Positions 8,534 to 17,611 of a stretch of 32,000 bases of DNA are shown piece by piece; within the stretch, counting starts at the first letter, position 1, and every line of letters starts with the position of its first letter. This stretch comes from Acaryochloris marina S15 (GTDB lineage: Bacteria; Cyanobacteriota; Cyanobacteriia; Thermosynechococcales; Thermosynechococcaceae): contig NZ_CP064923.1 of NCBI RefSeq assembly GCF_018336915.1, forward strand, positions 3,300,001 through 3,332,000, written 5' to 3'. A program made the position numbers and the translations under genes. Below the pieces are notes generated by a model. The model was not told the origin of the DNA and ran no database searches. It saw only the letters and a program-made list of their open reading frames with translations.

Positions 8534-9163
8534 CTAACGTTGAGGAGTCTGAGGCTGCAACTGTTGTTCCCACAACCACAAAAAACCATTACTGGTGATG
8601 GCTAGGAAGCCCACCACAATAGTCCCCGCCCAGATCTTGTCATACCGACCTGCTTGGGCAATTCCCTCAAACAGCAATATGCCCAATCCCCCCGCACCAA
8701 ACTTAGCTGCAATAGTTCCTAAGGCAATAATGACCGTCGTGGCTAACCGGACACCCGCCAAAAAGACCGGTCGCATTAACGGAACTTGGACCTGCCACCA
8801 GCATTGCCAGGCCGACATGCCCATTGCCTGGGCAGCCTCCAATAGCGGTTGAGGAATAGACTGTAAACCCACCACAATACTGCGCACTAAAATAACTTGG
8901 GCATACAGAATCATGGCCACAATAGCCGTTGTGGAACTGAGTCCCAGCAACGGAATCAGCAAAATCATCAAGGCCAAGCTGGGAATGGTATAAATCACCC
9001 CCAATATCCCCATAACAGGTCCCTGCAGCCACGTCCACCGATAAATGATCCAAGCGATGGGAACGGCAATGATCACGGCTCCCCCTAAAGCAATCCCCGT
9101 CATTTGTACATGCTCAAGCAATAATTCCAATACAAGGTCTGGATTTTGGAGGATATAGCTCAT
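8534..9163 (-). CDS. ABC transporter permease, osmoprotectant (glycine betaine/choline, OpuCB/ProW-like) family
   Basis: EAA-loop region LLEAAQAMGMSAWQ..VQVPL and the FGAGGLG motif typical of Opu-type permeases. The track ORF extends to 9229. The ATG at 9161-9163 (MSYILQNPD...) forms an ATGA overlap with the upstream small ORF's stop, and I prefer it. Confidence 0.8.
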   Translation of the reverse strand: MSYILQNPDLVLELLLEHVQMTGIALGGAVIIAVPIAWIIYRWTWLQGPVMGILGVIYTIPSLALMILLIPLLGLSSTTAIVAMILYAQVILVRSIVVGLQSIPQPLLEAAQAMGMSAWQCWWQVQVPLMRPVFLAGVRLATTVIIALGTIAAKFGAGGLGILLFEGIAQAGRYDKIWAGTIVVGFLAITSNGFLWLWEQQLQPQTPQR

Positions 9164-9438
9164 GATTTTGAGTGACTCAACCAACCATGCAGGCCAATGG
9201 CAGCTAAGATACTGCTCAGCAAGGCCCAAACGCCATCTGCAAACAAATTAATCCGCTGAATATTTTGAGCAGCTTCAGCTTTGAACAGCATAGATAAATC
9301 ATCTGTACTACGGATAACGTCTTCATAAGCTCGGTAATCGATTCTAAGTTGTTCCCAATCTGTTAACGCTGAATTGCCAAAAACAATCACTCCAGCTACA
9401 CCTGGAATAATCACAATCAGGAAGAGGAAGTTTCGCAT
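9160..9438 (-). CDS. Small two-helix membrane protein (hypothetical), translationally coupled to the Opu-type permease
   Basis: ATG at 9436-9438 (MRNFLFLIVIIPGVAG...). A hydrophobic N-terminal helix and a C-terminal helix (VWALLSSILAAIGL) are present. The stop overlaps the permease ATG (ATGA at 9160-9163). I recognise no homology. Confidence 0.45.
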   Translation of the reverse strand: MRNFLFLIVIIPGVAGVIVFGNSALTDWEQLRIDYRAYEDVIRSTDDLSMLFKAEAAQNIQRINLFADGVWALLSSILAAIGLHGWLSHSKS

Positions 9439-9504
9439 ATTCAATCATTAACTCCAGGAATAGGACAACAGTTTCTCACTGGCAATGCTGATCGGTAACA
9501 AGAG

Positions 9505-9520
9505 GTTGCAAGATTGCAAC
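9505..9520. promoter_or_regulatory. 16-bp palindrome GTTGCAA-GA-TTGCAAC in a divergent promoter region (candidate operator)
   Basis: Read directly: the 7-bp arms are perfectly complementary with a 2-nt spacer. It lies in the 258-bp gap between the minus-strand small-protein/permease operon and the SNF2 gene. Confidence 0.35.
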
Positions 9521-9702
9521 TTCACCGAATTTTTATAGAATCATTAGAAACTACAGCCAATGTATCGTCTGAATGTAATTTCATATGCAGAGGTCTGGGC
9601 CCATTTCACTGATCATGGCTCGTGGTGAATTGGTCTTTTAGAATCAGCCTGATACAGTTTGATTAACCTTAGATGCCTACCCCCCTGTATTTAACCTAAG
9701 TC

Positions 9703-12700
9703 ATGAAGATCATCCACGGAACCTGGATTCCTGACGAAGCAGCATTTATCCAAAAAGGAGCTTTCTACCTTTGGGTTGAAACCACTGAACCTAAGAAGAA
9801 GCGCAAAACGGCTCGCTCTATTCATCCCTTTCAGTTGGCCAGTGATGAATTAGAAGACTTCCTCAGCAATGATTTAGGCGTCAAACCAGGCCGCCCCCTA
9901 GAGCAACTCATTACTTCTCGGCATTTCTTGCTCCCCAGTACGGATCAAGCTCCCCTACCTTCCCTAGAACTGGCTCGATACCTAGAGGAAACCACTCCTG
10001 AAACCTTTGAATGGCAGTATTGGCAAGTGGACTGCTTTGAGGTTAAAACCTGGGTAAAGACGGGACAGTATGAACAACAACCCGTAACCAACATCATCAA
10101 GCTGCTCAATGAGCTGCACTTTATTGCCCTGCATAATCTCGCGGATATGCAGTTAGGCACTGACCTACTGTTTTGGTATCACTACACCCAAACCCTCAAG
10201 CCCGTATTGCTGAAGGATCAATATATTCCAGCTCTGCGTCGCCGAGAGGTATCATCCGCCAAGGGCTCCCGCAGCAAATCTAAATCTCAGAAAAAAACCC
10301 AGTCTGTCGAAATTTATCCAGCGTGGGAAATTGTCAGTGAATCCTATGAAACTGAACTAGACCGATTTGTGGACTATATGCCCCTAGCTTGTGTCTCTGG
10401 GTTCACTAAAGGTCCAAAATCTCCCACTTTTTATGATCGAAAAACGTTGCTGCGGCATTTTTCAGAGCATTTACTGACTGAAATTATCACGGCGACCTAT
10501 TTACCCTCGAGCTTTACTAAAAAGATCGCCAGCACTTTACTCGAAGATTGTTTGCAATCGCAACCGGGATTGCAAACTACTCAGAACACCAGTGAGGAGC
10601 TATATGAGCAGTGGCGCGTTTGGCGCGATCGCATCCGCAAAACCCAAACCTCAACGTCCTTTTATCTCTGCTTCCAGCTTCAGGATCCACCCAAGCCGGA
10701 AGAGGCTTGGCAATTGCAATTTCTAGTCGCCCCCAAGCAAGATCCGTCCCTACAAATTTCCCTGTTGGATTACTGGCGGTTCAAACCCGAAAAGCAGCAG
10801 GAATTACAAAAGCAGTTGGGCGAGAGTTTCGAGCAGCATCTGTTGCTCGGCTTAGGGTATGCCGCTCGGATTTATCCCCAGCTTTGGCAGGGATTAGAAA
10901 CGGACCAGCCGATCGGTATTCCTTTAGAAATTGGTGCTGCCCTAGACTTTTTACAGGAATCCGCCTGGGTGCTAGAGAATGCAGGCTACAAGGTAATTGT
11001 GCCCGCCTGGTGGACACCAAAAGGACGGCAGCGGGCCAAAATCAAGCTGCGGGCGAAGGGCAAGTCCCTCTCCAGCACCAACGATAAATCCAAAAGCTAC
11101 TTCTCCCAAGATCGGCTAGTCGAATATAAATATGACCTCGCCATTGGCGACCAAAAGGTTTCCGAACAGGAATGGCTGGACCTAGTTCAGGCTAAATCCT
11201 CCCTGGTTCAGTTTCGCGGCCAGTGGATGCACCTCGACCAGGACAAAATGCAGCAGATGCTGGAGTTTTGGAAAACCCAGCAGGCCGAAAACCCCGATAT
11301 GACGCTCCTAGACTTTATGCGTATGACCGCAGAAGGGGGAGACGATATTGAAGTTGATTTTGACCGGGATAAGACCCTTTCCCAGATGCTCAAGCAGCTT
11401 CAGGATAAAAGTAAGCTGGATGCGATCGCAGATCCTGAAACCCTGCAAGGCACCCTGCGCGAATACCAAAAACGAGGCGTCTCTTGGCTACACTATCTGG
11501 AGCAACTGGGTCTGAACGGCTGCTTAGCCGATGATATGGGCTTAGGCAAAACCGTCCAGGTAATTGCCCGCCTAGCTCAGGAACGAGAACAAACCGACGA
11601 AACCATTCCGCCCACCCTGCTGATTGCGCCCACCTCAGTGGTGGGCAACTGGCGCCGAGAAATCCAGAAATTTGCTCCCCATTTACAATCCATTGTTCAC
11701 CACGGCAATGAGCGAGCAAAAGCTGCCAAAGACTTTAAGGCAATGGCAGACCAAAATGATGTGATCATTACCTCCTTTAGCCTAGCCCGCAGGGATAGCA
11801 AGCTATTTGATGCCGTTCCCTGGCATCGGATTGTCTTAGATGAAGCTCAAAATATTAAAAATCCGAAAGCCGCCCAAACCAAAGCTATTCTCAAACTCTC
11901 GGCCACCCATCGCCTCGCCCTCACTGGCACCCCCGTCGAAAATCGGCTGCTGGATTTATGGTCCATTTTCAACTTCCTCAATCCAGGGTACTTAGGCAAG
12001 CAAAACCAGTTCCGCAAGAACTTTGAACTGCCCATCCAAAAAGACAATAATCGCAGGCAGTCGACCACCCTCAAGAAGCTAGTGGAGCCTTTTATCCTGC
12101 GGCGGCTTAAAACGGACAAGTCGATTATCAAAGATCTGCCTGACAAGGTGGAGCAAAAGCTGTACTGCAATCTCACCAAAGAACAAGCCTCCCTCTACGA
12201 AGCCGTTGTCAAGGATATTTCCACAGAGATTGACGAGGTAGACGGTATTCAGCGCAAGGGCATGATTCTCTCAACCCTGCTGAAGCTCAAGCAAATTTGC
12301 AATCATCCCCGTCAGTTCCTTCAAGATGAAAGTGACTTCACCCCCGAGCGTTCCCATAAACTCAGTCGTCTCACAGAGATGATCACCGAAGTGATGGAGG
12401 AAGGGGAGAGTCTACTCGTATTCACCCAGTTCACCGAACTCGGTGATGCCCTGGAAAAGTATCTACGCCAAACCCACCACTACACCACCTACTACATCCA
12501 CGGCGGTACCAACCGTAACAAGCGGGAACAGATGATTACGGAGTTTCAAGATCCGGAGACTGGACCGTCTGTATTTATCCTGTCTCTCAAAGCGGGTGGG
12601 GTTGGCATCACCCTCACCAAAGCCAATCACGTCTTCCACTTCGATCGCTGGTGGAATCCGGCAGTAGAGGACCAAGCCACAGACCGCGCCTTCCGCATTG

Positions 12701-12894
12701 GCCAGAAAAAAAATGTATTTGTCCATAAGTTCGTTGCCATCGGCACCCTAGAAGAGCGGATCGATGAAATGATTGAGGACAAGAAAAAATTGGCCGGTGC
12801 GATTGTTGGGTCGGATGAGTCGTGGTTAACAGAACTCGATAATGAGTCCTTTAAGAAACTAATCTCTCTCAACAAGAGCGCTATTTTGGAATAA
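9703..12894 (+). CDS. SNF2/SWI2-family helicase-like ATPase with a long N-terminal SNF2-associated region
   Basis: Motif I LADDMGLGKT, motif II LDEAQNIKN, motif III LTGTPVENRL, and motifs V-VI SLKAGGVGITLT...WWNPAVEDQATDRAFRIGQ. The N-terminal ~600 aa resemble the helicase-associated domain seen in bacterial SNF2 proteins. Confidence 0.9.
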   Translation: MKIIHGTWIPDEAAFIQKGAFYLWVETTEPKKKRKTARSIHPFQLASDELEDFLSNDLGVKPGRPLEQLITSRHFLLPSTDQAPLPSLELARYLEETTPETFEWQYWQVDCFEVKTWVKTGQYEQQPVTNIIKLLNELHFIALHNLADMQLGTDLLFWYHYTQTLKPVLLKDQYIPALRRREVSSAKGSRSKSKSQKKTQSVEIYPAWEIVSESYETELDRFVDYMPLACVSGFTKGPKSPTFYDRKTLLRHFSEHLLTEIITATYLPSSFTKKIASTLLEDCLQSQPGLQTTQNTSEELYEQWRVWRDRIRKTQTSTSFYLCFQLQDPPKPEEAWQLQFLVAPKQDPSLQISLLDYWRFKPEKQQELQKQLGESFEQHLLLGLGYAARIYPQLWQGLETDQPIGIPLEIGAALDFLQESAWVLENAGYKVIVPAWWTPKGRQRAKIKLRAKGKSLSSTNDKSKSYFSQDRLVEYKYDLAIGDQKVSEQEWLDLVQAKSSLVQFRGQWMHLDQDKMQQMLEFWKTQQAENPDMTLLDFMRMTAEGGDDIEVDFDRDKTLSQMLKQLQDKSKLDAIADPETLQGTLREYQKRGVSWLHYLEQLGLNGCLADDMGLGKTVQVIARLAQEREQTDETIPPTLLIAPTSVVGNWRREIQKFAPHLQSIVHHGNERAKAAKDFKAMADQNDVIITSFSLARRDSKLFDAVPWHRIVLDEAQNIKNPKAAQTKAILKLSATHRLALTGTPVENRLLDLWSIFNFLNPGYLGKQNQFRKNFELPIQKDNNRRQSTTLKKLVEPFILRRLKTDKSIIKDLPDKVEQKLYCNLTKEQASLYEAVVKDISTEIDEVDGIQRKGMILSTLLKLKQICNHPRQFLQDESDFTPERSHKLSRLTEMITEVMEEGESLLVFTQFTELGDALEKYLRQTHHYTTYYIHGGTNRNKREQMITEFQDPETGPSVFILSLKAGGVGITLTKANHVFHFDRWWNPAVEDQATDRAFRIGQKKNVFVHKFVAIGTLEERIDEMIEDKKKLAGAIVGSDESWLTELDNESFKKLISLNKSAILE

Positions 12895-13004
12895 AGTCAT
12901 CTGGCCCAATAGTGGAAAACTACTGGATGCAAGATTCAGAGTAGAAGAACACTGAACTAATAAGGACAAGAACTTCAGATTGTAATCTTCTAAAGAAGGT
13001 AGTC

Positions 13005-15080
13005 TCATGGAGAGATAGGAGCAGATAAAGCCAAGCGAAAACCTACGGAATCACTGCTATTGCCAGGATTAATGCCACTACGAGATGCAGAACGGCAATT
13101 TTTAGGATAATCATTCCATGATCCCCCACGTTTAATATACGCAGAGCTATCCGATTGACTTATCCATACACTCCCATCAGTAGGAGCACCGATGTAGTTT
13201 TCACCTTCATTGTAATCCTGACAGAACTCCGAAACGTTTCCATGCATATCGTATAAGCCAAAAGCATTTGGCAAAAAAAGGCCAACCGCCGTTGTCTGCT
13301 GTCGCCATTTTCCATGAGGGCCAAGGTGATACTTGCCAGAATGTAATACTCTGTTCCCCAAAATGTAGTCAGTCCCTCGATAGTTGACCAACTCAGTTGT
13401 CATGGTTCCCCCAAAATAGAAGGGGGTTGTGGTTCCGGCTCGGCAAGCATATTCCCATTCAGCTTCACTTGGCAGTCGGTAGGCCTTGCCACTTTTCTTG
13501 GAGAGTTTATTGCAAAATTCCACTGCATCTTCCCAAGAAATATTTTCTACTGGACGATTTGCACCTGTGAATTTGAATTTAGAAGGGTTAGAGCCAACAA
13601 TGGCTTCCCACTGTGCTTGTGTAACTGGATATTTCCCTAGGAAAAATGCAGGAACGTTCACTTCGTGTTGTGGGCTTTCTCTATCCAGTCGTTTCAATTC
13701 TTCAGGAGGAGACCCCATAAGGAAAGTCCCACCCAGTATTGCTACCATCTCTAGAGATATTCCATTGCCTATATCCTCAGTAAAAAACTGGGCTTGGCTT
13801 TGATCACGTTTGACAATGGTCCCTTTTTCATCGACACTCACGACTTCAAAGTTAAATCTTTGAACATTTGATGAAGACTGGGGTGTAGGCGAAGCACCAG
13901 AATCGGGTGATGGACTTCCCCAAAGTGGCTCGAAATCTTCTTCTGGACTCGAAACTGGCTTAACTGAACTGTCCCTAATGATTTTCCATAGCAGCCCACT
14001 CCCTAAACCCACTCCCCCAAAAATTGCCAAGGTCAAAAACCGACGTCGATTTCTATTGAATGAGCTTTTAGCTGCAGAGGCAAAAGGACTAACTGAACCG
14101 GAGACAGATGATTGGGGAACAGGCTCAGGAGAATGAAAGGACGGATACTGAGAGTGAATAGGGGTTGTTGGTGCTTGAGGATTAGTCTGAGGAGATGCAG
14201 CTAAGTCTGAAAGAACTGCTGAAGCAGACTGATATCGATCCTCCGCTTTAATTTGAAGCAGTTTATTCAGAACGGCAAGTAGAGATAGCTCCATGGGATG
14301 CGATAAATAATCTTGCCACTTGTTTACCCAGGCATACCCTTGCATTGTCCATAGTTCGCCTGGATATTGCCCTGTTAACAAATGGAAGGCCGTTGCACCA
14401 AGACTGTATAAATCGCTAGAGGCTGATGCCTTACCTTCCGCAAATTGTTCCATTGAAAAATAGCCAGGAGAGCCAACCTTAGTCCCTGTAACATTAGACT
14501 GGCTCATTGAAAGCTGGCGGGCGACTCCAAAATCGATCAAGGCCAAACGACCATCGTGGTGCCGGCGCATAATGTTGTCTGGCTTTAAATCCCGATGAAC
14601 TAACCCCCCATCATGGATAAATTCTAGGACAGGTAATAAGTCCAGAAAAAATGCTTTAATCTTGACTGCATTGAATGGCCCCTCCTGTTGTAACTCTTTT
14701 AGCAAGTCTTGCCCCTCTACGTATTCCTGGGCTAGGTAAAGAAAACCATCTTCTTCAAAGTAAGCGAGTAAATCAGGAATCTGCTGATTGGCTTTGAGGC
14801 GATTTAATTGCTCAGCTTCCCGCATAAACAATTCAACAATCTTCTGATTCGCATTGCTACTCTGCCCCTGATAGAACAACTGCTTAATGACACAAGTGCC
14901 ATTGAGTTTATCTGTATCCTCAGCTAGGTAAGTCTTGCCAAAGCCTCCTCGCCCGAGAGGTTTGATGATCTTGAAGCGGTTTCTAAGTCGGTGGGATAAC
15001 TTTGTTCCACAAGACAGACAGAACTTATAAGACTCTTGATTTAGAGGCTTCTCACAATCTGGGTTAAGACAGCAAAGCAT
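13005..15080 (-). CDS. Ser/Thr protein kinase with an N-terminal Cys4 zinc ribbon, one TM helix and a C-terminal formylglycine-generating-enzyme (FGE-sulfatase/SUMF1) family domain
   Basis: Zinc ribbon CLNPDC...CLSCG. Kinase motifs LGRGGFGKTY, VIK, HRDLKPDNIM and DFG. A TM helix (FLTLAIFGGVGLGSGLLW). FGE-type stretches YPVTQAQWEA, RLPSEAEWEYACRAG, YDMHGNVSEF and RGGSW...SASR. Confidence 0.9.
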   Translation of the reverse strand: MLCCLNPDCEKPLNQESYKFCLSCGTKLSHRLRNRFKIIKPLGRGGFGKTYLAEDTDKLNGTCVIKQLFYQGQSSNANQKIVELFMREAEQLNRLKANQQIPDLLAYFEEDGFLYLAQEYVEGQDLLKELQQEGPFNAVKIKAFFLDLLPVLEFIHDGGLVHRDLKPDNIMRRHHDGRLALIDFGVARQLSMSQSNVTGTKVGSPGYFSMEQFAEGKASASSDLYSLGATAFHLLTGQYPGELWTMQGYAWVNKWQDYLSHPMELSLLAVLNKLLQIKAEDRYQSASAVLSDLAASPQTNPQAPTTPIHSQYPSFHSPEPVPQSSVSGSVSPFASAAKSSFNRNRRRFLTLAIFGGVGLGSGLLWKIIRDSSVKPVSSPEEDFEPLWGSPSPDSGASPTPQSSSNVQRFNFEVVSVDEKGTIVKRDQSQAQFFTEDIGNGISLEMVAILGGTFLMGSPPEELKRLDRESPQHEVNVPAFFLGKYPVTQAQWEAIVGSNPSKFKFTGANRPVENISWEDAVEFCNKLSKKSGKAYRLPSEAEWEYACRAGTTTPFYFGGTMTTELVNYRGTDYILGNRVLHSGKYHLGPHGKWRQQTTAVGLFLPNAFGLYDMHGNVSEFCQDYNEGENYIGAPTDGSVWISQSDSSAYIKRGGSWNDYPKNCRSASRSGINPGNSSDSVGFRLALSAPISP

Positions 15081-15485
15081 CGACTTTTAAACGATCGGTA
15101 TTTCTTTTATCCATCAGCATAACTGCAGGGCTATCATCTCAAACAGTACCCGTCTGTGCGCAAAAGTGATTTATGAAGAGTGCGAGCATGCAATCACAAA
15201 AGGCATGAGAATAGGACCTAGAAAATTTTCTAACAGATTCATTGGATCTTAGAGTAATCGTAAGACTTAATCCAAATGAAAAAGGTTGCTCCTGAAAAAC
15301 AAGCTTTGAAAAATTTTTGAATTCAGGCTTATGCAAGTCGAACTGAATGATACAGACCACTTGATTTAGCTTGTTCAAAGAAAGTAAGTCACTGATATTA
15401 GCTAGTAACTAATTTGCAACATCTCAAATCTGAGCCTAGGGACTTTTGAGCTAAGATTATTACAGATTGTAACGATACCAGCAGA

Positions 15486-16961
15486 ATGGCTACATCAACA
15501 GCAGCTTTAAATGAGAAAAGCTCCCTCGTCAAAGACTGGGCCAAAGGCTATGAATCTCAGCTTACTGAATATAATTATTGGATCGATGAAATAGAAGGCA
15601 CCATTCCCCCAGAACTCCAGGGCACATTATTTCGCAACGGGCCTGGAAGCTTAGAGGTCAACAGCCAAAAGATCGGACATCCCTTCGATGGAGATGGCAT
15701 GATCTGCGCCATCACATTCCAGGAAGGACAGGCCCACTTCCAAAATCGCTACGTTCGTACAGAAGGCTATCTCAAAGAACAAGCAGCTGGGAAGATTCTG
15801 TACCGAGGGTTTGGCACCCAAAAAGCAGGGGGATGGCTAGCGAATATCTTTGACACCAATTTCAAAAATGCAGCGAATACTAGTGTTATTTACTGGGGAG
15901 ATAAATTATGGGCCATGTGGGAAGGCGGTCAACCCCACCAGCTCAACCCTGAAACTCTAGAAACGATTGGCACAGACAATTTGAATGGTTTACTAGAGAC
16001 CAAGCAACCTTTTTCAGCCCATCCTAGAATCATTGACAATCGATTTATTAATTTTGGCGTTAAGGGAATTACGCCCCAAAGCTTAACCATCTTTGAATTG
16101 GATGAATTTGGCAATAAATTAGAACAGCATTCTCATCCGTTATCAGGCTTTGCATTTTTACACGACATGTTAGTAACGGAAAATTACTACATCTTTGTGC
16201 AGCATCCGTTTCAAGTGAAAGGATTGCCTTTTCTGCTGGGATTCAAAACCATTGAACAATGTTTTGACTTCAACCCAGAGCAACCGACCAAAATCATATT
16301 GATTTCTCGCCATGGCAATCATGATCTAGAGATACTAGAAACCGATTCATTTTTTGGCTTTCACCATGGCAATGCCTGGGAAAAAGACGGGAAAATATAC
16401 TTTGAATCCATTTGTAGTGACTCCTTCCCGCAAAAGCAACAGGAAGAATTGGATTTAGCAGCCATTAGCTTTGATGATTTTCCCAACGGAGAATTATGGG
16501 AGTTTGAGTTAAATTTATCCCCAAAAACTGTTGTCCACCGCAAAGTTATAGAAAGAGGCTGTGAATTTCCATCCGTCAATCCGGCATGGGTGGGTAAAGA
16601 GCATCGTTATGTCTACATGAGTGCTTGCAATAGTTCAGCTGAGAATGGCCCACTGCAAGCCATTCTGAAGCTAGACAAAGAAACCGGCAATCAGCAGATA
16701 TGGAGTGTGGCCCCCAAGGGATTTGCAGGAGAGCCCATTTTTGTCCCTCGTCCTCACGGCACCCAAGAAGATGATGGATGGTTAATCTCACTCGTTTACG
16801 ATGCGGCCACCCATCACTCTTATGTAACTATTTTAGATGCTCAAGATCTGAATCAAGTGACTGCAAAATTACACCTTAAACATCATGTCCCCCATGGATT
16901 CCACGGAAATTGGACCTCTAAAATATTCCTTAAATCTTCCGAGAATGCGCAACCGTCATAA
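15486..16961 (+). CDS. Carotenoid cleavage oxygenase (apocarotenoid-15,15'-oxygenase-like, RPE65/CCO family)
   Basis: CCO-family blocks LFRNGPG, HPFDGDGM and ANTSVIYWGDKLWAMWEGG. Candidate iron-ligand histidines occur in AHPRI, FLHDM, FHHGNAWE and VPHGFHGNW. Confidence 0.9.
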   Translation: MATSTAALNEKSSLVKDWAKGYESQLTEYNYWIDEIEGTIPPELQGTLFRNGPGSLEVNSQKIGHPFDGDGMICAITFQEGQAHFQNRYVRTEGYLKEQAAGKILYRGFGTQKAGGWLANIFDTNFKNAANTSVIYWGDKLWAMWEGGQPHQLNPETLETIGTDNLNGLLETKQPFSAHPRIIDNRFINFGVKGITPQSLTIFELDEFGNKLEQHSHPLSGFAFLHDMLVTENYYIFVQHPFQVKGLPFLLGFKTIEQCFDFNPEQPTKIILISRHGNHDLEILETDSFFGFHHGNAWEKDGKIYFESICSDSFPQKQQEELDLAAISFDDFPNGELWEFELNLSPKTVVHRKVIERGCEFPSVNPAWVGKEHRYVYMSACNSSAENGPLQAILKLDKETGNQQIWSVAPKGFAGEPIFVPRPHGTQEDDGWLISLVYDAATHHSYVTILDAQDLNQVTAKLHLKHHVPHGFHGNWTSKIFLKSSENAQPS

Positions 16962-17047
16962 AAGAATGAGGCCCTAATCCAAAAAATCAGCAGAAGCAGA
17001 CTACATTAGACTTAGCCCCATCCTGATTGTTCAAGGTTAAGCACATC

Positions 17048-17611
17048 ATGACTCAGGCTGTAACGCGAAAACTAACCCTAAATGAGTTTCTCTCGCTTCC
17101 TGAGGGTGAAACGGCCTGTGAACTCATCGATGGAACAGCTGTTCCCAAAGTGTCCTCACACCGTTTCCATTCAAGAACTTGTCTAGCCTTAAGCAGAACT
17201 CTCGAGAATTGGGCTCTTTCTAGAGGAGAGATTGGGGTTGAATGGGCTGTTGTTCTATCCCGACAGGGCAAACCTTGGGTTCCTGTCCCTGACTTGCTCT
17301 ATATCTCTAATGAACGTCTCTCTAGCATGGGAGATGAAGATGGTCCCTGTCCTCTCCCACCAGAACTGGCAATCGAAGTCATTTCACCCGATCAATCTTT
17401 TGGGGGTATGGCAGAAAAGGCAACCGATTATTTGAGCGCAGGCATATCTAGAGTCTGGATTGTAGATCCTAAGGCAAAAACTATTACGGTGTTTATGCCT
17501 GAAAAATTACCTATTACCTATCGAGAGGATCGTGTTCTGAGTGATGAATTATTGCCGAGTCTAGCACTAACAGCTCAGGACGTTTTTAGAGGAGTAATTA
17601 CCCATGGCTAA
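17048..17611 (+). CDS. Uma2-family (DUF820) restriction-endonuclease-fold protein
   Basis: Typical Uma2 N-terminus LTLNEFLSLPEGETACELIDG, and core DLLYIS...PELAIEVISP...KATDYLSAGISRVWIVDP (the D...E.K-like PD-(D/E)XK arrangement). I use the ATG at 17048; the track ORF starts at an upstream TTG at 17027. The stop overlaps the next gene by 8 nt. Confidence 0.85.
   Translation: MTQAVTRKLTLNEFLSLPEGETACELIDGTAVPKVSSHRFHSRTCLALSRTLENWALSRGEIGVEWAVVLSRQGKPWVPVPDLLYISNERLSSMGDEDGPCPLPPELAIEVISPDQSFGGMAEKATDYLSAGISRVWIVDPKAKTITVFMPEKLPITYREDRVLSDELLPSLALTAQDVFRGVITHG

Noticed and set aside
9164-9229. N-terminal extensions proposed by the ORF track: permease to 9229, hsdM to 3305, fabH to 24554, ccmK4 from 22179 and Uma2 from 17027.
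   Set aside because: The extensions start at TTG or overlap the preceding gene, and they carry no family homology. Internal ATGs with better context (ATGA coupling, SD, or alignment with the family N-terminus) were preferred.
10611-11087. Long out-of-frame or antisense ORFs nested inside well-supported genes. Examples: 10611-11087 in SNF2, 25098-25592 opposite plsX, 27481-27948 opposite DUF445, 22906-23343 within EamA, 8703-9053 within the permease, 2039-2413 within hsdM, 7503-7847 and 7976-8368 opposite the J-protein gene, and 5753-6229 opposite the M50 gene.
   Set aside because: Each is fully contained in a gene with clear family motifs. Their products are low-complexity, Arg/Ser/Pro/Cys-rich and lack recognisable motifs. 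This is typical of shadow ORFs in moderately GC-rich coding DNA.
12909-12934. Imperfect hairpin CCAATAGT-ggaaa-ACTACTGG after the SNF2 stop, considered as a terminator.
   Set aside because: The stem has an internal A-C mismatch, is A/T-rich, and is not followed by a U-tract. It is too weak to call.
15139-15378. 79-aa minus-strand ORF in the kinase/ACO intergenic region.
   Set aside because: It starts at a TTG with no Shine-Dalgarno, its composition matches the A+T-rich spacer, and no motif is recognisable. It is probably non-coding promoter DNA.
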